A stretch of DNA of 64,000 nt from an uncultured Thermoleophilaceae bacterium (GTDB lineage: Bacteria; Actinomycetota; Thermoleophilia; Solirubrobacterales; Thermoleophilaceae): positions 11,063 to 75,062 of the forward strand of contig CAWGSQ010000008.1 of the NCBI GenBank assembly GCA_963825345.1, given 5' to 3'. Positions 37,811 through 45,624 of the stretch are shown here, in pieces. A program made the position numbers and the translations under genes. The notes beneath the pieces were generated by a model, which was not told the DNA's origin, searched no databases, and was given only the letters and a program-made list of their open reading frames with translations. How positions within the stretch are numbered: the stretch's first letter is position 1; every line of letters begins with the position of its first letter.

Positions 37811-37832
37811 GACCCGACCCCCTAAAGACCTA

Positions 37833-37844
37833 GGCCGATCGGCC
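37833..37844. promoter_or_regulatory. 12-bp perfect palindrome GGCCGATCGGCC between the protease stop and the GGDEF gene start
   Basis: Seen directly in the sequence. It could be a small terminator stem or an operator; I cannot decide which. Confidence 0.25.
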
Positions 37845-37856
37845 GAGTCAAGGGGC

Positions 37857-39284
37857 ATGTGGGACAAGGAGTGGCTCGAGTCCCTGGTCGCCAACGTGCC
37901 CGGCGCCATATACCGGTGCGCCTTCAAGAGCGACTGGGAAATGGAGTTCATGAGCGAGGGGATCGAGCAGATCACCGGCTATCCGGCGTCCCAGTTCATC
38001 GGCAACCAGGCACGCTCGTACGCGAGCGTCATCCATCCAGCCGACCGCAGCGCGGTCGAGGACGAGGTGGATGCATGCGTGGCGCGCCGTGAGCCGTTCA
38101 TCCTCGAGTACCGCGTGCTCGCGGCGGATGGCGAGGTGGTTTGGGTGCACGAGCAGGGACGGGCCGTCTGCGGCGCTGACGGCGAGGTCCTGTACCTGGA
38201 CGGATCGATTTTCGATATCGGCGAGCGCAAACGGCTCGAGGCGCAGCTCGAGCACCTCGCCTACCACGATGCTCTGACGGGGCTGCCCAACCGGCGCCGA
38301 CTGATGGAGAGCCTCCACGGCCTCGACGGGCCCCACCTGCTCGCCTTCTTCGACCTCGACGGCTTCAAGGCGTACAACGACGCGTTCGGGCATTCGGAGG
38401 GCGACCTGCTGCTGCGCCGTCTGAGCAGGAAGCTCCGCAGGGCTGTGGAACGGCGCGGCACCGCCTTTCGCCTCGGGGGCGACGAGTTCTGCATCCTCGC
38501 TCCGATGCCGGCGATGGGCGGCCGCTACCTCCTTGCGGCATCACTCGAGGCGCTCAGCGAGACCGGCGAGGGCTTCGCGATTCAGGCGTCCTCGGGAAGC
38601 GTCGCGCTCCCCGAGGAGGCGCACGACGCCACCGCCGCACTCATGCTCGCCGACCAGCGCATGTACGCCGACAAGGGCGTCGGGCGCGTATCCGCGAAGC
38701 AGCAGACGCGCGACATCGTCCTGCGCGTCCTGGCCGAAGGGCGGCCTGACCTGCACGAGCAGTCTGGGGCCGTCGCCTGTCTGGCGAGGTCGGTCGGTGA
38801 GCGGCTCGGCATCCGTGCGGACGACCTCGAGGACCTGGAGCGCGCCGCGGAGCTGCACGACATCGGGAAGATCGCAATCCCCGACGCGATTCTGAACAAG
38901 GCCGGCGCACTCGACGAGGAGGAATGGGGCTTCATGCGCCGGCACACGCTGATCGGCGAGAGCATGCTGAGCGCAGCACCGGTCCTACACGCGGCCGCGA
39001 GGATCGTTCGCTCGAGCCACGAGCGCTACGACGGGATCGGGTATCCGGACGGCATCGGCGGGTCCAAGATCCCGCTCGCCAGTCGCATCGTCTTCGTTTG
39101 CGACGCCTTCCACGCCATGACCACAGACCGACCCTACGGCTCCGCCCGCAGTGTCGAGTCGGCCCTCGAAGAGCTCTCCAAGTGCGCCGGCACTCAGTTC
39201 GATCCCGCCGTCGTCGCGGCATTCCGCGAGGAGATCGCGGCCGGCGCTGCCGAGCCAGCCGCTCGCCGCGTCGCCCTGCGCTAG
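37857..39284 (+). CDS. PAS - GGDEF - HD-GYP c-di-GMP signalling protein
   Basis: PAS region (GAIYRC...VIHPADR...EYRVLAADGEVVWVHE). GGDEF domain with an intact RLGGDEF. HD-GYP domain with HDIGK and HERYDGIGYPDG. Confidence 0.85.
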   Translation: MWDKEWLESLVANVPGAIYRCAFKSDWEMEFMSEGIEQITGYPASQFIGNQARSYASVIHPADRSAVEDEVDACVARREPFILEYRVLAADGEVVWVHEQGRAVCGADGEVLYLDGSIFDIGERKRLEAQLEHLAYHDALTGLPNRRRLMESLHGLDGPHLLAFFDLDGFKAYNDAFGHSEGDLLLRRLSRKLRRAVERRGTAFRLGGDEFCILAPMPAMGGRYLLAASLEALSETGEGFAIQASSGSVALPEEAHDATAALMLADQRMYADKGVGRVSAKQQTRDIVLRVLAEGRPDLHEQSGAVACLARSVGERLGIRADDLEDLERAAELHDIGKIAIPDAILNKAGALDEEEWGFMRRHTLIGESMLSAAPVLHAAARIVRSSHERYDGIGYPDGIGGSKIPLASRIVFVCDAFHAMTTDRPYGSARSVESALEELSKCAGTQFDPAVVAAFREEIAAGAAEPAARRVALR

Positions 39285-39432
39285 GGCCCGATCAGGTCGC
39301 CGAGCTCGAGCGCGAACGAGAAGTTCCCCGTGCAGGTGCCGCCGTCGAAGTCGAGCCCGCAGCCGATCTCGGCGTCGAACGCCCCCGAACCCACTGCTAG
39401 ATTCCGAATGTCGCCCGACAGGGCGAAGGCGT

Positions 39433-39506
39433 GGTGGGCGTAGCTCAGTAGGTAGAGCTCCTGGTTGTGGTCCAGGCGGTCGCGGGTTCGAGTCCCGTCG
39501 CTCACC
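39433..39506 (+). tRNA. tRNA-His (anticodon GTG) including encoded G-1
   Basis: Hand-folded cloverleaf: G-1 then acceptor GTGGGCG/CGCTCAC, C73 pairing with G-1, anticodon stem CCTGG/CCAGG with loop TTGTGGT, T arm GCGGG-TTCGAGT-CCCGT. Confidence 0.9.
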
Positions 39507-39569
39507 CCTCGGAAGGTCCTGCTAAGCCCAGGTTTTTCTTTTCCGGAGAGCGCGCCACTTCGGCGCCGT

Positions 39570-39591
39570 GGTACCAATTTGGTACCAATTT
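39570..39591. repeat. 11-bp tandem repeat GGTACCAATTT x2
   Basis: Exact tandem copies at 39570-39580 and 39581-39591, inside the tRNA-His-flanked remnant. Confidence 0.85.
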
Positions 39592-39830
39592 ATTCTGGTA
39601 GCTGCACTCGGGCCACGGCGGGTGCACGCGGCGCGCGCCGTCCCGGTGTCACACAAGGGGGCGCTCGGGGCTTAAGTAACCGTGGCCAAACGAACTCCGA
39701 ACTCGATCGAGGGCCAGTGCCACGAGCTCGTTGACGATCGGTTCCCCGAGGGGCTCCTCGCGGTTCTCCGGAAGAACTTCCGCTTTCGCGTGCAAGCGAG
39801 AGCGGTAATCGGCGCAGCCTCCCTCTAGGC

Positions 39831-39861
39831 CCAAGCGCTCGCGGGTTCGAGTCCCGTCGCT
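39831..39861 (+). repeat. direct repeat of the tRNA-His 3' portion (att-like pseudo-tRNA end)
   Basis: CCAAGCGCTCGCGGGTTCGAGTCCCGTCGCT versus CCAGGCGGTCGCGGGTTCGAGTCCCGTCGCT at 39472-39502. Confidence 0.8.
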
Positions 39862-39941
39862 TTACCCTCCCCGCTGCACGAGCGACCGAGGTCGCTCTGG
39901 AAATCGCCGTGACCGCGAGGCTCCGCGGGCCCGGGTCGCGC

Positions 39942-40245
39942 TCAGGGCGCCGCGGCGCGGCGGCGGGCGGTGGAGGCCGCGAGCCGCGCGAGGATGGCCG
40001 CGCCGAGGAGGCGCCTGAACAGGTTCACGCCGCGGACCAGCTCGTCGAGTGCCCACGCCCCGTGGGCGACCCGGGCGACGGTGCGGACGCGCTCGCGGGG
40101 GCGGCCGTCGAGGCCGCGCGCGAGGAGCGCAGCCGCGAAGGCGGTTCCGGCGAGCGCGTTGGGCGGCTGGGCGAGCGGATAGCGCCGGGGCCATCCCTCG
40201 TGGGCGAGGAGTCTTGCGAGCACCTCGGGCGACCCTAGCGACATG
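39942..40245 (-). CDS. hypothetical protein
   Basis: Track ORF 39942..40253 (GTG); the internal ATG at 40243-40245 gives MSLGSPEVLARLLAHEGWPRRYPLAQPPN... High GC3. No motif recognised. Confidence 0.5.
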
Positions 40246-40279
40246 AGTGTCACTCACCTCCGCGGGTAAGGGGCCGCGT

Positions 40280-40444
40280 ATGGAGACTCCAGAACGAGAC
40301 CAGGACGAGGCCGGCGAGGGGCAGGGCACCTCGCCGGATGAGCCGACCCACGAGGCCACGACGCCGCCCGGCAACCCGGACGCCGACGAGGAGGCGGTGC
40401 GCGAGGGGGAGGAGGGGCTCGAGCAGGCTGGCGGCGGCCACTAG
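40280..40444 (+). CDS. small acidic protein (hypothetical)
   Basis: METPERDQDEAGEGQGTSPDEP..., 54 aa, high GC3. Its stop shares a CTAG with the convergent DUF2254 gene. Weak call. Confidence 0.35.
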   Translation: METPERDQDEAGEGQGTSPDEPTHEATTPPGNPDADEEAVREGEEGLEQAGGGH

Positions 40445-41763
40445 CCGCCCGGCGAGGCGGCCGGCAAGCCGTCGAGCTCGGCCATCAGGCTGGCAATGCG
40501 CTGGCGGTCCCGTTCGTTGCCCGCCTCGGCGGCGCCCTGCTGCGCGATCGTCGCGCCGATCGCGTGCGCCGTCCGGGCCCGCTCGGGGGCGCCGCGCTCC
40601 CCGGCGATGCGGGCGCACGCGATCAGCGCGCCCAGCAGCTCGCCGACCACCCACGCGTCGCCTCCGGCGTGGCGGCTGATCTGCAACAGCGACTCGAGAT
40701 ACTCGTCATACGTGCGCAGTCGAAGGATGGCGGTGGTGTGACCGTCCTCGGAGCGTCGCACCGCTGCCGGCGTTGCGCGCTCGGTCAGCCGCACGAGGAT
40801 CGCTCGCATGTAGCTGATGCAGGTGACCGCGGTCATCGGGTCGTTGATGCCGGGGGACACGGCCTTGAGCGCCGTGTCGGCGAGCTGGCGTAGGCCGAAG
40901 TCCACGTCCTCGTCGAGGTCGCGCTCGCTCTCGGCCGATATGGAGCGTCGCACGGCGGAGACGGCGTCCTCGTCCGCGTCGCGCGGCCAGATCTCGGCGA
41001 TCACGGTCTCGACGCTGACGAAGTCGCCGGGCGCCACCAGGAGCGCGACGCGCTCCACGCCCGCCCGGGACTGCCTGAACAGCCTCTCGACGTCGATCCG
41101 CTGTACGTACCCTGGCCGCGCCGGCAGGACGCTGACCGGCTCGCTGGCGCGCCACTCCCCGAGCAGGGCGTTGCCATCCTCGGCGGCGGCCGCGCCGTAG
41201 GCCTCCGGGTACAGGGCGTCCGCTCTCGCCAGTGTGTCGCGGGCGATCGCCCCCGTCACGTGCGAGATCTGGGCCATCTGCGACACGTGGTTGAGGAAGA
41301 TGACGAGCAGGACCACGGCGAAGATGCCGAACAGCGATGCGAGGGTCACGCTCAGCCGCGGCACCGTGCCGGAGTCCGTGAACGACCCCACCGAGCGCAG
41401 CACCAGGATCGAGTACACGAAGGTGCCGACATAGGTCCCGATCGTGAGCTGGATCACGCGGTCCCCGAAGAAGGTGCGGAGGATGCGCGGGCTGAACTGG
41501 CTCGACGCGAGCTGGAGCACCACCATCGTGATGGAGAAGGTCAGACCGGCGACTGTGATCAGCGAGCCGGCGATCACGGACAGCACGGTGCGCGCCGCGG
41601 GGGCGTCGCCGGCGAAGACGAGGCGGACGCCGTTCAGGTCGACGTTGCGGTCGACCTCCACGAGGACGAATCCCAGCAGCGCGAATGTCGCCACCATCAC
41701 TCCGGGGACGAAGCCGAGGCTCCGCGAGAGCCTCAGCCACGACCGTCTCGCGCGGTCGGTCAT
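40441..41763 (-). CDS. DUF2254 membrane protein
   Basis: 440 aa. N-terminal TM bundle with VVLQLASSQFSPRILRTF and a soluble C-terminal domain, as in the DUF2254 family. Confidence 0.8.
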   Translation of the reverse strand: MTDRARRSWLRLSRSLGFVPGVMVATFALLGFVLVEVDRNVDLNGVRLVFAGDAPAARTVLSVIAGSLITVAGLTFSITMVVLQLASSQFSPRILRTFFGDRVIQLTIGTYVGTFVYSILVLRSVGSFTDSGTVPRLSVTLASLFGIFAVVLLVIFLNHVSQMAQISHVTGAIARDTLARADALYPEAYGAAAAEDGNALLGEWRASEPVSVLPARPGYVQRIDVERLFRQSRAGVERVALLVAPGDFVSVETVIAEIWPRDADEDAVSAVRRSISAESERDLDEDVDFGLRQLADTALKAVSPGINDPMTAVTCISYMRAILVRLTERATPAAVRRSEDGHTTAILRLRTYDEYLESLLQISRHAGGDAWVVGELLGALIACARIAGERGAPERARTAHAIGATIAQQGAAEAGNERDRQRIASLMAELDGLPAASPGG

Positions 41764-41811
41764 ACCCGAATCATGCCGCGCCCGGGGTCGCGGCCCCGCC
41801 GCGCGATCGCG

Positions 41812-42606
41812 TCAGCCCGCGCCCGGCGGGCCGCCGAGAAACGCGACGGAGACGAGCAAGTACGCGGCCACCGCGACGACGAGCAGCGCGAACCCGCGGC
41901 CGAGCTCGCGTTGCGGGATGCGGTTCGCCAGCCCGGCGCCGGCGATCGCGCCGGCCGCGCACGCGACCGTGAGCGCCCCGGTGACATCCGTGTCCACGGA
42001 GCGTCCGGCGAGCAGGTGCGCGCAGAGGCCGAGCAGCGAGGTGGCCGTGATGATGACCAGCGAGGTGCCGACGGCTGTGCGCATGGTGAACGCGAGGGCG
42101 ATGGCGAGCGTCGGGACGATGAGGAAGCCGCCGCCGACGCCGAAGAAGCCGGTCACGAAGCCGACGGCGGCGCCGGCCACGAGGTCGCGCGGCAGTCGCA
42201 GGGGCGGGCAGGTGCCGGTGCGCTCCCACACCCCGTCCGCGTCGGGCGCGTCGTCGTCGGCCTTGCGCCAGGTGACGCGCGCCGCGGCGAGCATGAGCAG
42301 CGCGAACCCCGCCAGCAGGACGGTGCCGCTGACCGCCTCCGCGGCGAGCGTGCCGGCGGCGATGCCGGGGATGGCGGCTGCCGTGAAGGAGCCGGCGTGC
42401 CGCCAGCAGACGCGACCGGCTCGGGCGTGGCTGAGGCCGCCGGCGACGGCGCCGGCGGCCACGACGAGCAGCGACGCGGTCGTGGCCTGGGGAACGGTCT
42501 GGTCGAGGACGTAGACGAGCACGGGCACGGCGAGCACGGACCCGCCCCCGCCGAACGTTCCCACGGCCAGCCCGATGGCGAGGCCGAACGGGATGGCCAG
42601 CAGCAC
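41812..42606 (-). CDS. TauE/SafE-family sulfite/anion exporter
   Basis: Trimmed to the GTG at 42604-42606 (VLLAIPFGLAIGLAVGTFGGGGS). The duplicated GGG-containing TM motif (GFFGVGGGFLIVP) is present. It starts 5 nt after the stop of the upstream gene. Confidence 0.8.
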   Translation of the reverse strand: MLLAIPFGLAIGLAVGTFGGGGSVLAVPVLVYVLDQTVPQATTASLLVVAAGAVAGGLSHARAGRVCWRHAGSFTAAAIPGIAAGTLAAEAVSGTVLLAGFALLMLAAARVTWRKADDDAPDADGVWERTGTCPPLRLPRDLVAGAAVGFVTGFFGVGGGFLIVPTLAIALAFTMRTAVGTSLVIITATSLLGLCAHLLAGRSVDTDVTGALTVACAAGAIAGAGLANRIPQRELGRGFALLVVAVAAYLLVSVAFLGGPPGAG

Positions 42607-42611
42607 GCGGG

Positions 42612-44012
42612 TCAGGCCTTCGAGGGCGAGGGCGGCTCGATCGGCCAGCCCTCGCGCTTCCAGAGCGGCACGCCTCCCTCGACCACGTGGATGACCTGCT
42701 CGCCCCCGTAGCGCTGCAGCAGGCTCGCGGCGACGGCCGAGCGCTGCCCGGACCCGCAGATGACCGCCACCGGCCTGGCCGGGTCGATGCCTTCGGGTAC
42801 CTCGAGGATGTCGTGGTAGGGCTCGTGGACCGAGCCGGGGATGTGGCCGGCGTCCCACTCGCTCTGCTCGCGCACGTCGAGGATCTGCAGGCCGTCCCCG
42901 CCGGCCTCCCAGCGCTCGTGCAGCTCGGGCACGGTCATCCGCTCGACGCGGTCGACGTCGAGCTTCTCCTCGCGCCAGGACGTCATCCCGCCCGCGAGGT
43001 AACCGGCCAAGTTGCGCAGGCCGACCGCCGCGGCGAGGTGGGCGGCGCCCAGGGCGTCCTCGTCGTCACGACCGACGAGCACTATGGGCTGATCGGGCTG
43101 TGCCAGCCACGCGAGCTTCGAGCCGAAGCCGGCGCCGCGGGCCGTGATGCACACCGCTCCGGGGATGTGCGCCTCGTCGAACTGCAGCTCGGTGCGCACG
43201 TCCACGACGAGCGCGCCGTCGTCCCGCGCCTGCTGCACCTGACGCGGGCTCAGCGGATGCGCCTCGACGGTCTCCTTGACCAGCGGTCCGCGGTTGAGCC
43301 CGACGATGTTCTCGAAGTTCGGCGGCTGCGGGCCGAGCGTCGAGGTCGTCTTCTCGACGAACTCGTCCTCGTCGGTGATCCGCAGGAGCGCTTGGTTGGC
43401 TCGCTCGAAGCCGATCGTCGAGGCGACCTTGAGATCCATGCCGGGGCCGCCGCACAGCGAGCCGCCGAGGTGGCCCGGCCACACCTCGACCGCGTCGGGC
43501 AGGCTCATGAGCTTCTCGTTCAGCGAGCGGAAGATGCCGCGCGCGCCGTCCTCCTTGTCCACCGCGAGGTCGGGGCGGGCGATGTCGCCGACGAACAGCG
43601 TGTCCCCGGTCAGGATGGCCCACGGCTCGTCCGAGCGCGCCGTGTCGACGAGCATGAAGGCGGTGTGCTCGGGACGGTGTCCGGGCGTGTGAAGGGCGCG
43701 GACCGTCAGCGAGCCGAGCTCGAGCTCCCAGCCGTCGTCGAACGGCTCGTGATCGTAGGCGGGTTCGGCGTCGCGGTGGATGTGGATGGTCGCGCCGGTG
43801 GCCGCCAGGAGTCGGCCATGCCCGGAGACGTGGTCGGCGTGATTGTGGGTCTCGAGGACGTGCTCGATGCCCACCCCGAGGTACCGGGCGAGCCGAAGGT
43901 ACTCGTCGATGTCCAGCTTCGGATCGACCACGGCCGCGATGCCCGCGCTCTCATCGCCGATGAGGTAGCTGGCGCAGCCGAGGTCGTCGTGGATGAGCTG
44001 GCGAAAGATCAC
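42612..44012 (-). CDS. MBL-fold persulfide-dioxygenase-like domain fused to two rhodanese domains
   Basis: Trimmed to the GTG at 44010-44012 (VIFRQLIHDDLGCASYLIGD). HNHADHVSGH metal motif. The second rhodanese domain has the active-site loop VICGSGQRS; the first lacks the Cys. Confidence 0.85.
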   Translation of the reverse strand: MIFRQLIHDDLGCASYLIGDESAGIAAVVDPKLDIDEYLRLARYLGVGIEHVLETHNHADHVSGHGRLLAATGATIHIHRDAEPAYDHEPFDDGWELELGSLTVRALHTPGHRPEHTAFMLVDTARSDEPWAILTGDTLFVGDIARPDLAVDKEDGARGIFRSLNEKLMSLPDAVEVWPGHLGGSLCGGPGMDLKVASTIGFERANQALLRITDEDEFVEKTTSTLGPQPPNFENIVGLNRGPLVKETVEAHPLSPRQVQQARDDGALVVDVRTELQFDEAHIPGAVCITARGAGFGSKLAWLAQPDQPIVLVGRDDEDALGAAHLAAAVGLRNLAGYLAGGMTSWREEKLDVDRVERMTVPELHERWEAGGDGLQILDVREQSEWDAGHIPGSVHEPYHDILEVPEGIDPARPVAVICGSGQRSAVAASLLQRYGGEQVIHVVEGGVPLWKREGWPIEPPSPSKA

Positions 44013-44419
44013 AGGGTGCTCCCGGTCGAGACGACCCCCAATCCTGCCGGTTGTCGGCGGTCCCCGGCAGGTGAGGTCCCGGACAACAGCCCGTCGAGCT
44101 CGGCGATCCGCTGGCGAAGCCCGCCGCAAACCGCCTCGCACAGCTCGAAGACCGACTCGTCGGCGATCGAGCACCGCACGCGGTTGCCGTCCTTCTCGCG
44201 CGCCACGATGCCGGCCTGCGCCAGCATGGCGATGTGCTTCGAGACGTTCTGCTGCGAGGCGTCCACCGCCTCGGTCAGCTCGTTGATGGTCAACGGCCCG
44301 TCGCGCAGCGCGTCGAGCAGACGAATGCGCATGGGCTCGCCGATCACCCGAAACCGTTGCGCGATGAGCTCGACGAGCGCATCCGGAAGCGGGTGGGGGA
44401 TGGAGGATGAGTCGGGCAT
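44009..44419 (-). CDS. ArsR/SmtB-family transcriptional regulator (BigR-like candidate)
   Basis: 136 aa. wHTH region RIRLLDALRDGPLTINELTEAVDASQQNVSKHIAMLAQAGIV. Cys residues at RVRCS and ELCEAVCGG. The stop overlaps the next gene's start (GTGA). Confidence 0.85.
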   Translation of the reverse strand: MPDSSSIPHPLPDALVELIAQRFRVIGEPMRIRLLDALRDGPLTINELTEAVDASQQNVSKHIAMLAQAGIVAREKDGNRVRCSIADESVFELCEAVCGGLRQRIAELDGLLSGTSPAGDRRQPAGLGVVSTGSTL

Positions 44420-44422
44420 CTG

Positions 44423-44448
44423 CACAACTATACCACCATATAGTTGTG
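44423..44448. promoter_or_regulatory. perfect 10-6-10 palindrome, candidate ArsR operator
   Basis: CACAACTATA-CCACCA-TATAGTTGTG begins 4 bp upstream of the arsR-like ATG (44419). It is AT-rich in a GC-rich genome. Confidence 0.6.
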
Positions 44449-44452
44449 ATGA

Positions 44453-44650
44453 TTGCGTGGGTCCGCCGGCTCGGCCTCGGTACTTCCGGAGCGACTCGGC
44501 GGACAGCCATTCCGGGTCGAGGTCGTCGATGACGAGGCGGCCCGCACCCGGCTCTGGGAGCTCGCCGACCGCGTCCTCCCGGCGTTCGCCGGTTACCGCG
44601 AGAACGCAGCTGGCTTCGGTCGTACCATCCCCATCCTCCAGCTCGTCCGC
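44453..44650 (+). pseudogene. C-terminal remnant of a DUF385/F420-dependent nitroreductase gene
   Basis: The frame reads FRVEVVDDEAARTRLWELADRVLPAFAGYRENAAGFGRTIPILQLV, which parallels the C-terminus of the intact paralog at 10475-10975 (AREAEGDERARLWDEAVDYYAGYATYKVRAGTREIPIVVLERA). About 100 N-terminal residues are missing and the normal stop is lost. Confidence 0.5.
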
Positions 44651-44652
44651 AC

Positions 44653-45621
44653 TCAGAGCGTCTCGGGCAGCCCGAACCAGCTGAACAGGGACCCGTCGAA
44701 GGTGACGATGTCGGCAACGGCTCCGTCGACGATGGTCAGGACGTCGAGCGCGAGTGGGGAGTAGCCGGCGTCGCCCGGCTGGCGGACGTAGTTCGCCACC
44801 GCGGGCTGGCGGTTGGCGCGCGTGACCACGCAGCGGAGCGAGCCGAACGCCTCCGAGCCGAAGCCGCCGTCGACCCAGGACTGCACGACCTCGTCGCGAC
44901 CCTCCCAGATGCCCGGCTGCGGCGGCATCGAGAAGCGGACGTCCTCGCTGAGCAGCCGCTTGAGGGCGATCGGCTCCGGCGACTCGCTGTACTCGACGTA
45001 GCGGTCCAGCAGCTCGCGCTCGGCGGCCGTCGCGTCGGTGCCCGAGCGCCACTCGTCGCGCCGCTCAGGCAGGTGCTCTTTCATCGCCGCCCGCGCGCGC
45101 TGGAGTGCGCTGTTCACGGCCGGGGCGCTCGTCTCGAGCACGCCCGCGGTCTCCTTGGCCGAGAGGCCGAGGACGTCGCGCAGGATCAGCACCGCGCGCT
45201 GCAACGGGACCAAGCGCTGGATCGCAACGAGGTAGGCGAGCTCGATCGTCTCCTTCGAGACGACGGCGGCCTCCGGGTCGTCCCCCTCGCCGCCCAGCTC
45301 CTCGAGCATCTCGTCGGGATAGGGCTGGAGCCACAGCACCTCACCGGTCGCCGACACGGTACGCGGGCGCTTGTCGAGCGCGTCGAGGCAGGCGTTGGTC
45401 GCGATCTTGTAGAGCCAGGCGCGCAGCGACGAGCGGCCCTCGAAGGTCTCCCGCCGGCGCCACGCGCGCAGGAAGGTCTCCTGGACGAGGTCCTCCGACT
45501 CCTCGAAGGAGCCGAGCATCCTGTAGCAGTGCACGTGCAGCTCGCGCCGGTAGCGCTCCGCGCTTGCGGTGAACGAGGCCTTGTCGAGCTGGGTGTTGGA
45601 GTCTTGCGTCGTGGGGTTCAT
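44653..45621 (-). CDS. ECF-type sigma-70 factor with C-terminal SnoaL-like extension
   Basis: Region 2 (RRELHVHCYRMLGSFEESEDLVQETFLRAW), region 4 (LVPLQRAVLILRDVLGLSAKETAGVL), and a roughly 130-aa NTF2/SnoaL-like tail. ATG at 45619-45621 is preferred over the track start at 45654. Confidence 0.85.
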   Translation of the reverse strand: MNPTTQDSNTQLDKASFTASAERYRRELHVHCYRMLGSFEESEDLVQETFLRAWRRRETFEGRSSLRAWLYKIATNACLDALDKRPRTVSATGEVLWLQPYPDEMLEELGGEGDDPEAAVVSKETIELAYLVAIQRLVPLQRAVLILRDVLGLSAKETAGVLETSAPAVNSALQRARAAMKEHLPERRDEWRSGTDATAAERELLDRYVEYSESPEPIALKRLLSEDVRFSMPPQPGIWEGRDEVVQSWVDGGFGSEAFGSLRCVVTRANRQPAVANYVRQPGDAGYSPLALDVLTIVDGAVADIVTFDGSLFSWFGLPETL

Positions 45622-45624
45622 GCT

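Larger units (their letters stand above)
39507..39861. mobile_element. about 330-bp low-GC remnant bounded by a duplicated tRNA-His 3' end (decayed integrative-element scar)
   Basis: 39472-39502 (tRNA variable loop, T arm and 3' acceptor) recurs at 39831-39861 with 29/31 identity. The interval between is AT-richer, has no intact gene, and contains the tandem GGTACCAATTT x2. Confidence 0.5.

Noticed and set aside
39281-39577. 98-aa track ORF overlapping tRNA-His on the opposite strand.
   Set aside because: Its N-terminal two-thirds are antisense to the tRNA and to AT-richer spacer. Only the last 37 codons look coding, and these are reported separately as a low-interest observation.
39649-39834. 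61-aa minus-strand ORF inside the tRNA-His-flanked scar, considered as an integrase fragment.
   Set aside because: I could not recognise any tyrosine-recombinase motif (no R..H-x-x-R..Y pattern), and the GC3 bias is weak. It is treated as non-coding remnant sequence.
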